This document shows positions 19,151 through 28,302 of a stretch of DNA of 53,839 nt, piece after piece. A program made the translations under genes and the position numbers. Below the pieces are notes generated by a model. It saw nothing but the letters and a program-made list of their open reading frames with translations, was not told the origin of the DNA and ran no database searches. The first letter of the stretch is position 1. Each line of letters starts with the position of its first letter. The stretch spans positions 1-53,839 of the forward strand of contig CALLUH010000045.1 of the NCBI GenBank assembly GCA_938011445.1, written 5' to 3'. This DNA is from an uncultured Hyphomonadaceae bacterium (GTDB taxonomy: Bacteria; Pseudomonadota; Alphaproteobacteria; Caulobacterales; Hyphomonadaceae).

Positions 19151-20229
19151 TGTCTGACATTGACCGGGACAAGGAGAAAAGCGTTCAAATGATCGCGCCA
19201 CATGATGACGCAATACACGAAGACCTGCGCCAGATGGTGACAAATTTGCAGCAATGCCTGCAACAGCGCTCAGCCGAAGAATACGCGCTGCGCAATGCGC
19301 TTGCAGAAGCCTATGCCGAAGTCGAGGAGTATCGCAATAGCGCATCCTGGCGTCTCACCGCGCCTTTGCGCAAGCTTTCCAGTCTTGTAGGAAAATCCAC
19401 CGCTCAGCTAGGATCCACGGCGGACCCGCTTCCCCGTTCGATTGGCCATGGGCCAATGCCTCCTGCCAATACGCGTCCGTTCAGACCTAAGCTGGCGGTT
19501 ATTATCCATAGCTATCACGAAGAACTGCTTGGGGATATTCTGGCAAAGCTTGATCTCGAACAATGTGCCCACCAAATTTATATTACAACGTCTACGGACA
19601 AAATTACGCATGTAGAAGAAACGGTCAACATGGTCGGCATGACAGCGCGGATTTTGCCGGTCGAAAATTATGGCCGTGACATTGCCCCATTTTTGAAAGC
19701 GGTTCGATTGGCGCGGACCGATAGGTGCGGCACCGTGTTGAAACTGCATACCAAAAAGAGCGCGCATCTGGGAAACGGCACCCAGTGGCGCGAGGAACTT
19801 TTAGGCAGCCTCCTTGCGACAGGGCAAACATTGCGCGCGATCAATGCCTTTGACGCTGATCCGACGCTGGGTCTGATCGGTCCGGCAGGGCATTTTTTGG
19901 CTTTGAGTGATTTTCCGGGTCTCAACACTGGTGGAGTTTTGGCGCTCGCGGACGAGTTAGGCATTCCAAATATCCAAACCGATGAAACGGGCTTTGTCGC
20001 TGGCTCCATGTTCTACGCACGCATCGAGATCTGGGATAAGCTTGTCGGCCTGTCAGGTTTGGAAAACCGTTTTGAAGCTGAGGCGGGTCAGACCGGCGGG
20101 ACGTTCGCCCACATCATTGAGCGTTTTTCAGGCTTGCTGACAATCTCCGAAGGCTTCCGCGTCGCCAGTCAGGACCAATTGGACAAGGCTCCGGACTTGC
20201 GGCGGCGTGGTGAGTACCGTTTTATCTGA
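19150..20229 (+). CDS. rhamnan synthesis protein F (RgpF)-like glycosyltransferase with a short N-terminal coiled coil
   Basis: LAVIIHSYHEELL...ENYGRDIAPFL...VLKLHTKKS...WREELLGSLL matches my memory of RgpF-family hallmarks. The ATG at 19150 overlaps the upstream TGA (TGATG), so the genes are translationally coupled. A GTG at 19147 is an alternative start. Confidence 0.75.
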   Translation: MSDIDRDKEKSVQMIAPHDDAIHEDLRQMVTNLQQCLQQRSAEEYALRNALAEAYAEVEEYRNSASWRLTAPLRKLSSLVGKSTAQLGSTADPLPRSIGHGPMPPANTRPFRPKLAVIIHSYHEELLGDILAKLDLEQCAHQIYITTSTDKITHVEETVNMVGMTARILPVENYGRDIAPFLKAVRLARTDRCGTVLKLHTKKSAHLGNGTQWREELLGSLLATGQTLRAINAFDADPTLGLIGPAGHFLALSDFPGLNTGGVLALADELGIPNIQTDETGFVAGSMFYARIEIWDKLVGLSGLENRFEAEAGQTGGTFAHIIERFSGLLTISEGFRVASQDQLDKAPDLRRRGEYRFI

Positions 20230-20241
20230 TACGTGAAAGCT

Positions 20242-22773
20242 CTAATAGTCCGGTTCGTATTCATGAAACGGCATGCTGGGCTGGACCAGTCGCCGTGTCA
20301 CAATAATAGCGATCCCAAAACAGAAAACGCCCAAGAGCAGCCCAACCAGCATACGCATCTGTATCCTCGATTTATCGTAGAACACCTTGACGACACTGCC
20401 CGCTTGAACCGGTACTGTTGACGGGAAGCCGCTATCTACAAGCCCTGAGGCACCGGTGCTGAGGTCTTCCCAATGCCAGTTTTCGTCCAGCCGCATGGCC
20501 ATGACAAGCAGCCCTTCTTCAGACCCCTTATATGAAAACACGAAATCACAACAGCTTGCATCCTGCAATTCAACGAGATCATAATTGAATTCCCGATTGT
20601 CCTTGGACGTGTCCATAAAATAGGCGGATCCCGTAACACGCTCATTTTCAGCGATGATAATGCCGGGCTCTTTCTGGCTGACGCTGAAAGTTTCAGGATA
20701 AATCCGTTGTGCTAAAAGACTGTACTTTGGAACGCGACCATTCTCGCTATTCCCGAAGATCGAAAATGATCCATCATTTGTCTCCTGATAGGACCATGCT
20801 GATAATTTTCCTTCTGCACTCGGATTAGATAACCGCAGAGAATATCGGTGTTCTCCAGGCAGGATCTCCAAAGGCTCGTCGAACATAAATGATACGCGCT
20901 GATTGTCCTTGATGTCCGAGGCCGACACCAGGACCGAATGCTCGCCCGCACCGGCAGATTGGAATGAGAAGATGACATCTGACGGAGCGGCAGGCGCGTG
21001 ATAGGTGGCGAGGGTAAATTGGACGCCTTCGAGCATCAACCTATCCTGTACGACGATATTCCCCGACAAGGCTCTCTCATCAAGAGACGGGCTGGGCACA
21101 TGGCCTGTTCCCGAATTTTCCTGTGTCAAATCGTGCCTGCAACTCTCCGAATATATGAAATACTTTACCCCGAGCCGCGTCGCGCTGTTGTCATCAAATA
21201 TCATATCTCTACAGTTCATGCTCGTGGCCGTTGATGTGCTGGCAAATTTGCGCGACAGCGTGGCAAAGGCAGCTTTCTGCTCTTGCTGCCGAAAGCCGTG
21301 TGCGAACGGTTCCACGATGCCGTAATTTCCAAGAGTTCCCGAAACCAGAAAGCTTGAATCAGCAACAATATTCTGGCCAGGTTCGAGACTGTCTACGAGA
21401 TGATCAATGGTTGGCGTAGACGGAAAATATGAAGCAATGGCCGGTTTCGCATTCATGGTTGCAAAATTTCCTGCGAGCACCACGGCTTGATAGGCAGTGA
21501 TGACGACCAGGCCGAACTGCGCAAATCTGTAAGCGCCGCGTCGCTCGCAGGATTTCAACACGACTGTCAGAACATATGCGGAAATAATAGCCAGACTTAC
21601 GCCAAATAGGAGGCCCGACCGCCACCATGGATTAATGTCATAGCCAGGCAACATTCTGATCCATGTCGGCGGCACAAGCTGATAGGTAACTGTGGCGGTA
21701 AAAGCAAACAGCATAGTGGCAAATATGCCCGCAAAATGCCGCTTGAAAAACAAGAGCGGCAGGCCAATGATGAGGAAGATCATAGGCAACAGTCCGGCCG
21801 AAAATGTAAATTCGATCCGGCCACCATTATCACTGGTTGCCATGTCACTGCCGAAGAGTTTCACCATATCGTCAACCCGAAGGACCGTCCCGCCCCGGCG
21901 ATGGCTAATGTCCGTTTTGTCGAGAATGCTCAGCGCTTCGGAGAGAAAAGGTGCCGCGATCAGCAAAGCAGCAAACGCAGTAAGACCCAAACCCGCTGCA
22001 CTGAAGACAATCGCCGACGGCTTTCTCCTTCCCGCCAGAACGTCTCGGCCAAACAGGACGGTCCCCATAATCGCAACGGAGAAAGCGCACAGGACCACAA
22101 TAAAGGGAAATCCTCCGAGAAATAGCAGCGTTAAGACCGTGGCCAATCCGGCAAGATACCGTATCCGGGGCGTTTGCCAGAACATGAAGGTAAAGCATAA
22201 GACCCACGGAATATATGCGCCCGTTGTGACATGTGGCCAATGTGCCCAAGCCACATTGAAGCCGCAAAAGGCGAACGTAATAGCCGCAAAGACGGAGGCG
22301 AGATTGTTCCCAAAGAGCGCCCGGCTCAAAAAGAACATGCCATAAGCGGCGATCAGGACATTGACCATCATGGCCAGCGTATATCCAACAGCAGCGTCGG
22401 GTATGAGCGCAAAGACCCAGAACGGGATGGTTAGTCCGCTATAAATGGGCGCTTGCAAGCCCACAGAGCCTGACTGGTGCTGGGGGTTCCAGAAAGGGAA
22501 CTCTCCCGAGCGCAGCGACTCGCGATAGAAAGTCCAGTTTGCCAGCCTGTGATCAATGGCATCGGATCTTTCCCGATTGACGATTTCAGGGTCAAGCTGC
22601 ACCGCGTCCCAGCCAGGATAGCTCAAGAGCAGATCCATCGGGGCCAGCGTCTGGGTAAATGGATTGGTCCACAATATCAGCAAAACCAGAGGCGCCAGCC
22701 CGATTGCCACCCGGTTCCGACCTATGTAGACGCGCAGGCGATGCAGCCCAATCGAGGCCCTGGATGCAATCAT
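20242..22773 (-). CDS. YfhO-like polytopic membrane protein (GT-C-type periplasmic glycosyltransferase candidate)
   Basis: 843 aa. The N-terminal half has many TM helices and a loop RSDAIDH...LRSGEFPFWNPQHQSGSVG. A large soluble domain follows, then a final TM (MLVGLLLGVFCFGIAIIV). This architecture is typical of YfhO. Confidence 0.7.
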   Translation of the reverse strand: MIASRASIGLHRLRVYIGRNRVAIGLAPLVLLILWTNPFTQTLAPMDLLLSYPGWDAVQLDPEIVNRERSDAIDHRLANWTFYRESLRSGEFPFWNPQHQSGSVGLQAPIYSGLTIPFWVFALIPDAAVGYTLAMMVNVLIAAYGMFFLSRALFGNNLASVFAAITFAFCGFNVAWAHWPHVTTGAYIPWVLCFTFMFWQTPRIRYLAGLATVLTLLFLGGFPFIVVLCAFSVAIMGTVLFGRDVLAGRRKPSAIVFSAAGLGLTAFAALLIAAPFLSEALSILDKTDISHRRGGTVLRVDDMVKLFGSDMATSDNGGRIEFTFSAGLLPMIFLIIGLPLLFFKRHFAGIFATMLFAFTATVTYQLVPPTWIRMLPGYDINPWWRSGLLFGVSLAIISAYVLTVVLKSCERRGAYRFAQFGLVVITAYQAVVLAGNFATMNAKPAIASYFPSTPTIDHLVDSLEPGQNIVADSSFLVSGTLGNYGIVEPFAHGFRQQEQKAAFATLSRKFASTSTATSMNCRDMIFDDNSATRLGVKYFIYSESCRHDLTQENSGTGHVPSPSLDERALSGNIVVQDRLMLEGVQFTLATYHAPAAPSDVIFSFQSAGAGEHSVLVSASDIKDNQRVSFMFDEPLEILPGEHRYSLRLSNPSAEGKLSAWSYQETNDGSFSIFGNSENGRVPKYSLLAQRIYPETFSVSQKEPGIIIAENERVTGSAYFMDTSKDNREFNYDLVELQDASCCDFVFSYKGSEEGLLVMAMRLDENWHWEDLSTGASGLVDSGFPSTVPVQAGSVVKVFYDKSRIQMRMLVGLLLGVFCFGIAIIVTRRLVQPSMPFHEYEPDY

Positions 22774-22979
22774 ATCACGCTGTGCCCCTCATATGATCGA
22801 AAGCCCCGATACTTGATCAAGGCAGAATATACATTGGCCTGCTTATAGTTAGACGGCTTTGTTTCTGCAACCATTGGGCCGGGCTTGTCAGGTTTTGAGC
22901 GGTGCCTGCGATGGGGCCATGCCGTTTGACCAAACGGGTTAGACTGTATAAATTTCGGAAAAATTGTAAGGGTGTTTCC

Positions 22980-23627
22980 ATGGCGATCAAAATCTCGGGC
23001 GGTATTGAAGAAGAGGGTATCGTTGTTGGCAACAATTACGATAAATATGGCTCGTCGAACCCGATCGTAAAGAAAATCATGCAAGGGTTCGAGGACAGTT
23101 TGAGCGCGCTGGTCGCGCAGGCAAACCCAAAATCAATTCATGAGATCGGCTGCGGAGAAGGCTATTGGTCGCTTGATCTTGCAGGCGGAAATTATGACGT
23201 GCGCGCCTCGGACTTTTCCGAGGAGGTCATCAAGATTGCACGACAAAACGCGTCAGACCGCGGGGTAGATCCAGAGATTTTTTCTCAAAAGAGCATTTAT
23301 GATCTTAAGCCCGGTATTGATAATGCGGACCTGATTGTGTGTTGCGAAGTAATGGAACACATAGAAGACCCCGAAGCCGGGCTGGCAGCTTTGCATTCGA
23401 TCACCGACAAGCATCTGATCCTGAGTGTGCCGCGCGAGCCGATCTGGCGGGCTCTGAATATGGCGCGAGGCCAGTATCTGACCGATTTGGGCAATACGCC
23501 CGGCCATATTCAGCATTGGTCAACGTCCGGTTTCAAGAAGTTCGTTTCCAGCCGGTTTCACATCAAGGAAATCAGGACACCGCTCCCCTGGACAATGCTC
23601 CTTTGCGAACCCAAGCCAACGACCTGA
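22980..23627 (+). CDS. class I SAM-dependent methyltransferase
   Basis: The internal ATG gives MAIKISGG...; SAM motif I is IHEIGCGEGYW; post-I acidic residue in VRASD; LIVCCEVMEHIEDP. Confidence 0.8.
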   Translation: MAIKISGGIEEEGIVVGNNYDKYGSSNPIVKKIMQGFEDSLSALVAQANPKSIHEIGCGEGYWSLDLAGGNYDVRASDFSEEVIKIARQNASDRGVDPEIFSQKSIYDLKPGIDNADLIVCCEVMEHIEDPEAGLAALHSITDKHLILSVPREPIWRALNMARGQYLTDLGNTPGHIQHWSTSGFKKFVSSRFHIKEIRTPLPWTMLLCEPKPTT

Positions 23628-23629
23628 CA

Positions 23630-24514
23630 ATGAAAATATCTGTCCGCCGCCTATCGGGTATTGCCGGCGGCGTCTTGGCACTGCTCGGGATCGTATTCGT
23701 TGGGCAAAAATTGCTTGGCTTCTGGGATGAGATCGAACTCGAAACGCTGCGCACTTCGGTACTGATCCTGTGTGTTGCCCTGTCTGTCGTCTATGCGCTG
23801 TCTAACCTGCTTCTCGCTCATTCGTATCGGTCTTTATTGCTGACATTCGGTCAACCCGTCGGGCAATTGGCAGCCATCAAACTGTTTGGTATTTCTCAAC
23901 TGGCCAAATATGTTCCGGGTAACATTTTTCACTTGGCAAGCCGTCAGGCTATCGGAGCCGGTAACGGTCTGTCCAATGGCGCATTGGCCAAGGCGTCGTT
24001 CTGGGAGCTTGCACTGCTAACTCTAAGCTCGGCATGCTTTGTGCCGCTCTTTATCCCGACGATCTGGCCCAGCATTCCAGTGCTGTTGGCGGCCATCCTG
24101 GCGGTCATCTCGCTCGTCGCCTTCCTGGGTACACTAAACCTCATTCTAGGGATCAAAGGTGTGGTCGCCAGCTTGGGCTATATCGCCTTTTTCATGACCT
24201 CCGGACTGTTATTTGCCATACTCCTGACCGCCTTCTCCCTGAGTGATATAGGCCCCTTGGCCTTTGTCGGAATATGTGCTGCCTTCATTGTGGCCTTTCT
24301 CGCCGGATTTATCATGCCAGGGGCACCGGCTGGTGTCGGTGTGCGAGAACTGGTCCTGGTCTTCCTTCTGGGGACCAGTGTTCCTGAACTCGACCTTTTG
24401 GTGGCCGTAATTTTGATGCGTTTTATTACGGTAAGCGGTGATCTTCTGGCTTATTTGGGAGCCATCGCAATTCCGGTCAAAATCCTGCCCTTGGAAACGA
24501 TCCAAACGCAATGA
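23630..24514 (+). CDS. LPG_synthase_TM / flippase-like multi-pass membrane protein
   Basis: The ATG at 23630 is 2 nt after the methyltransferase stop. The protein is 294 aa and almost entirely TM helices. The motif KYVPGNIFHLASRQ is typical of the MprF-type flippase-like TM family as I recall it. Confidence 0.6.
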   Translation: MKISVRRLSGIAGGVLALLGIVFVGQKLLGFWDEIELETLRTSVLILCVALSVVYALSNLLLAHSYRSLLLTFGQPVGQLAAIKLFGISQLAKYVPGNIFHLASRQAIGAGNGLSNGALAKASFWELALLTLSSACFVPLFIPTIWPSIPVLLAAILAVISLVAFLGTLNLILGIKGVVASLGYIAFFMTSGLLFAILLTAFSLSDIGPLAFVGICAAFIVAFLAGFIMPGAPAGVGVRELVLVFLLGTSVPELDLLVAVILMRFITVSGDLLAYLGAIAIPVKILPLETIQTQ

Positions 24515-24517
24515 TAA

Positions 24518-25480
24518 TCAGTCCGGAGAGGTTTGATCAATCTTCTCGATCTCCATCCGCAAAATGCGCGTGCGAAGCTCTTCCATGAGGGTCCGGTTTA
24601 CTGCGAGTAGGCGCGATATGATGGCCAGAGCAAAGCTTGTAAAGCCACCGGAAAACAAGATCGCCGAAAGAATGAGCGACTGTATGTGGTCGCCAGCGTT
24701 CTCCTGGGTAATCAGAATAAGATAGCGAATGCCCAAAGCGAAAGCCGGAATGACCAATAGGGCACTTAGAAACATAAAAACCTGAAACGGCCTGTAGATC
24801 AGGTAAATTCTGAAAATCGTTCCCATTGACCTGCGAACATAAGACGAGATGCTTTTGACCAGTCTTGACTCACGCAGATCACCATTGACCTCGATTGGTG
24901 CCGATGTAATTTTCATGCCGCTACGGCCAGCCTGAATAATCGTCTCAAGCGTGTAAGTGTAAGGGTTGTGCACCATCAGACGCATTGCCGCGTCTCTGTG
25001 TATGGCGCGAAATCCTGAGGGTGCGTCGGGGATCTGGGTTCGCGAAGCGGTTCGCACAACCGTGCTGCCAAGCTTTTGGAGCATCTTCTTGACCGGGTGA
25101 AAGTGTGGGATGTCGGTAATCGGCCTTGCGCCAATGACGATATCGGATTCGCCCGCAACAATCGGTCTTGTCAGTGTCGGGATGCCGCTCGCCCGATACT
25201 GATTGTCCGCATCCGTGTTGACGATCACATCAGCGCCAAGTCGCAGGCAAGCCTCCAAGCCCGCCATAAATGCACGCGCCAATCCCGAATTGTGCCGCAT
25301 CGAAACAACATGATCCACGCCGTGAGCCTTACCGACAGCTACCGTATTATCAGTGCTGCCATCATCAATAATCAGCCATTCGACAGTATCAAATCCGGGG
25401 ACTTCGCGCGGCAAATCTGCAAGCGTAATGGGGAGTGTCTCTTCCTCGTTCAGACAAGGTATCTGTATGATGAGTTTCAT
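24518..25480 (-). CDS. GtrB/CsbB-like GT2 polyprenyl-phosphate glycosyltransferase
   Basis: MKLIIQIPCLNEEETL...LIIDDGSTDNT...TDADNQY, plus two C-terminal TM helices (FMFLSALLVIPAFALGI and LILSAILFSGGFTSFALAII). This is the architecture of GtrB/CsbB/GacI-type enzymes. Confidence 0.8.
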   Translation of the reverse strand: MKLIIQIPCLNEEETLPITLADLPREVPGFDTVEWLIIDDGSTDNTVAVGKAHGVDHVVSMRHNSGLARAFMAGLEACLRLGADVIVNTDADNQYRASGIPTLTRPIVAGESDIVIGARPITDIPHFHPVKKMLQKLGSTVVRTASRTQIPDAPSGFRAIHRDAAMRLMVHNPYTYTLETIIQAGRSGMKITSAPIEVNGDLRESRLVKSISSYVRRSMGTIFRIYLIYRPFQVFMFLSALLVIPAFALGIRYLILITQENAGDHIQSLILSAILFSGGFTSFALAIISRLLAVNRTLMEELRTRILRMEIEKIDQTSPD

Positions 25481-25553
25481 GAGGCTCTTTCTTGATGCAA
25501 TGGCCTGCTGATCTATGATCTATCTGGTCTCCGTTTCATTATGGCGCTCTGCC

Positions 25554-28208
25554 TTATTCCGCAATGCCAATCCTGAAATCTTCAACGGTCCGCGAAAGAT
25601 GGGGGGAGTAGAAGGGGTCTATGAAGTTGAGGCTGTCCCAGGTTCTGACCATATATTCGATCTCTCCTTGAAAGCGTTGTTGTTTGGCAGCGGTGATTTC
25701 ATGCCCGCGGCTTATCGATTCATGGTGATAGAGTTCAGCCCTTGGCGTCCAGACATTCCTGTATCCTGCTGCCCTGACCCGCAGGCAAAGATCAACATCA
25801 TTGAAGGCAACAGCCAGCTCGCTTTCATTCAGCCCGTCCACCTCTTGATAGACTTCCCGCCTCATAAGCAGACATGCGGCGGTGACGGCGCTCAGATCCT
25901 GGGCCATCATCAGACGGGAAAAATAACCCTGATGCTCCCGAGGCGCGTATTTATGAGAATGCCCGGCCACCCCGCCAATTCCTAGAATAACGCCGGCATG
26001 CTGGATCGTATCATCAGGATAATAAAGCTTCGCGCCCACACACCCGATGTCCGGCTGGAGCGCCAGAGAGACCATCTCATCCAGCCAGTGCGGCGAGATC
26101 ACTTCAATGTCATTATTAACAAGCCCGATAATGTCCCCTCTGGCATGGGGGACAGCAAAATTATTGATCGCAGAATAATTGAACGGCTTGTCATAGCGCA
26201 GGACGCGAATGCGTGGATCTTTTGCTAGTTTGGCAAAAAGGTCGAGCGCGTCCGGATCGGTTGACTGATTGTCGATAATCAGAATTTCATAGTTTTCGTA
26301 AGTGGTTTTCTCCTGAATGGAGGTCACACACATCTTCACCAGATCAGCATAGTCGCGGGTCGGAACAATCAATGAAACAAGGGGTTGTTTCTCAGGAATG
26401 GGCCACTCCACTCGATAAATGGCAAGTTCACCAGCCTGTTTTGCCACAGCGCCAGGGTGACGCTTGTCGAGATGGTTTTGCAAGGCTTTCAGACCAGCAT
26501 CGAAGGCATAGCTTTTTTCTGAGGTAGCAAGCGCCGTTGACCCTTCCGTCGCGCGCCAATGATAAAGGATCTTCGGAATGTGGATGACGCTTTCAGGCGG
26601 GATGCGTTCGAGAATGCGCAAATTAAGGTCATAATCCTGTGACCCTTCATAACCCAGCCGCCACCCGCCGGCGGCACGAACTTGTTCAGCCCTGTGAACC
26701 GTCAAATGGTTGAAATAATTCTGACCAAGAAACATAAGGGGTGAATAGTCCGGTTTGAAATAGGGCTCGTACCGGTTGCCCTCATCGTCGATCTTATCTT
26801 CATCGGAGTAAATTAGATTAGCGTCTGGATGTTCGGCAATTGCCAGTGCAATTTCCGCGAGCGCATGAGGCCGTAAAACATCATCATGGTCCAGCATGGC
26901 AAGCCAGTCGCCAGTGGCAATCTCGAAGGCGCTGTTGGTTGCCGCAGAGATATTGCCATTGGTCTTCCGATGAACGACCTTGATCCGGCTGTCCTTTCCG
27001 GCCCAATAGTCCAGACGCGCCGCCACGTTGCCCTCCGTCGAGGCATCGTCGGCAAGGCATAGCTCCCAATTCTCATAAATTTGTTCTTGTACGGATTTGA
27101 TCATTTCATCGAGAAGACGGATGGGCGTGTTATAAACCGGCGTCAGGATCGAAATAACCGGCTTGTGTTCGAGTACGTCGAGCTTTTGGCAATAGGCCGG
27201 TTTATCGCGTGCCAGTCTGAAGTCACTTTGTTCAATCCATTTACTGAACCGGGCCGCCGGATCATAAGAGACCTCATGCGAGCGCTGCGGCTGGGTCGGC
27301 AGGCTCCATGCCCCTTCATGATTGCCGCGCCCCCGCGTGCGTGCCAGCATGATGCGCCAGTTTATCCCTGAGAAAAGGTTCTGCCAGACAACGGGTTTCA
27401 ACAGCAAACTAGACCTTGGTAGACGTCCGAGCGGATGAATATCGAGTGAATCGAGCGTCCCGTCCTCATGCCGGTTCGTGGGATCAAATCGAACCGTGCT
27501 GACGTCTTCGGCGAGGTGAAACAAGCCCGTATAGAGGTTCTCCTTTTGGGCGACCAAGCTACAAGCTTGCGCGTCCAGATAGCCCCGCTGGGTCCAAAAA
27601 TACATCTTTGGCACGGAGTTTTGCCCAATTTTTAGACGCGCCTCGATGCGATACCATCCGGCACGGAGCGGCGTGTGGAGCATGAACGAAACCGATGGAT
27701 CATTAGAAGTGGACCGAAAACTGCCGTTTGGGTCGAGGTCAATATTGCCCGTGCCAATTCTCTGGGCATGATGAGGCTGTGTCGCAGCATCTGTAAAACG
27801 CGCGGCGAAAATTCTCTTTGTCGATTTTCGCGGCTTGACGCCGGTTTGAGCCGGTTCGATTGCAAGTAACATCTGCCGGGCAAAGAACGCTCCTGAATGC
27901 GGGCGAAGCCGCAATTTTAAGGTCCCCTTCGGTAGTGTCACCGGTGTAATGGATGAGGGGGTCGGCATTTCGAGCTGGATGCCCAGATGATCCTTGAACC
28001 CGAAACCGACATCATATTGCAGGCGCGGATGCAGATCTTGATCCGGAGCAAATAGGGACATGCTGACCATGACATCGACATCGTTCTGCCGCAGGGCCGA
28101 GAGCAGGTGAGGGCTGAGCGGAATGTCGGCGTATGACAGATGGCTCTCAGACTCAACCCAGCCAGGACGCCAGCAAAAGTTGGGGCTTTGCAAGGAACGG
28201 TGCATCAT
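25554..28208 (-). CDS. three-part glycosyltransferase: ~330-aa N-terminal domain of unknown function plus two GT2 domains
   Basis: GT2 domain 1 is ISILTPVYNTPIRLLDEMIKSVQEQIYENWELCLADDAST. GT2 domain 2 is VSLIVPTRDYADLVKMCVTSIQEKTTYENYEILIIDNQSTD. This layout is typical of polymerising enzymes of ABC-dependent O-polysaccharides. Confidence 0.85.
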   Translation of the reverse strand: MMHRSLQSPNFCWRPGWVESESHLSYADIPLSPHLLSALRQNDVDVMVSMSLFAPDQDLHPRLQYDVGFGFKDHLGIQLEMPTPSSITPVTLPKGTLKLRLRPHSGAFFARQMLLAIEPAQTGVKPRKSTKRIFAARFTDAATQPHHAQRIGTGNIDLDPNGSFRSTSNDPSVSFMLHTPLRAGWYRIEARLKIGQNSVPKMYFWTQRGYLDAQACSLVAQKENLYTGLFHLAEDVSTVRFDPTNRHEDGTLDSLDIHPLGRLPRSSLLLKPVVWQNLFSGINWRIMLARTRGRGNHEGAWSLPTQPQRSHEVSYDPAARFSKWIEQSDFRLARDKPAYCQKLDVLEHKPVISILTPVYNTPIRLLDEMIKSVQEQIYENWELCLADDASTEGNVAARLDYWAGKDSRIKVVHRKTNGNISAATNSAFEIATGDWLAMLDHDDVLRPHALAEIALAIAEHPDANLIYSDEDKIDDEGNRYEPYFKPDYSPLMFLGQNYFNHLTVHRAEQVRAAGGWRLGYEGSQDYDLNLRILERIPPESVIHIPKILYHWRATEGSTALATSEKSYAFDAGLKALQNHLDKRHPGAVAKQAGELAIYRVEWPIPEKQPLVSLIVPTRDYADLVKMCVTSIQEKTTYENYEILIIDNQSTDPDALDLFAKLAKDPRIRVLRYDKPFNYSAINNFAVPHARGDIIGLVNNDIEVISPHWLDEMVSLALQPDIGCVGAKLYYPDDTIQHAGVILGIGGVAGHSHKYAPREHQGYFSRLMMAQDLSAVTAACLLMRREVYQEVDGLNESELAVAFNDVDLCLRVRAAGYRNVWTPRAELYHHESISRGHEITAAKQQRFQGEIEYMVRTWDSLNFIDPFYSPHLSRTVEDFRIGIAE

Positions 28209-28302
28209 CAGTCAGCATCTTTCGCAGGGCGCTCTGTCGAAGGCTCCATCATGCAATTTATAACTGGCAGCTTATCTTCTCTGCTCAAACCTGCCAACGG
28301 CC

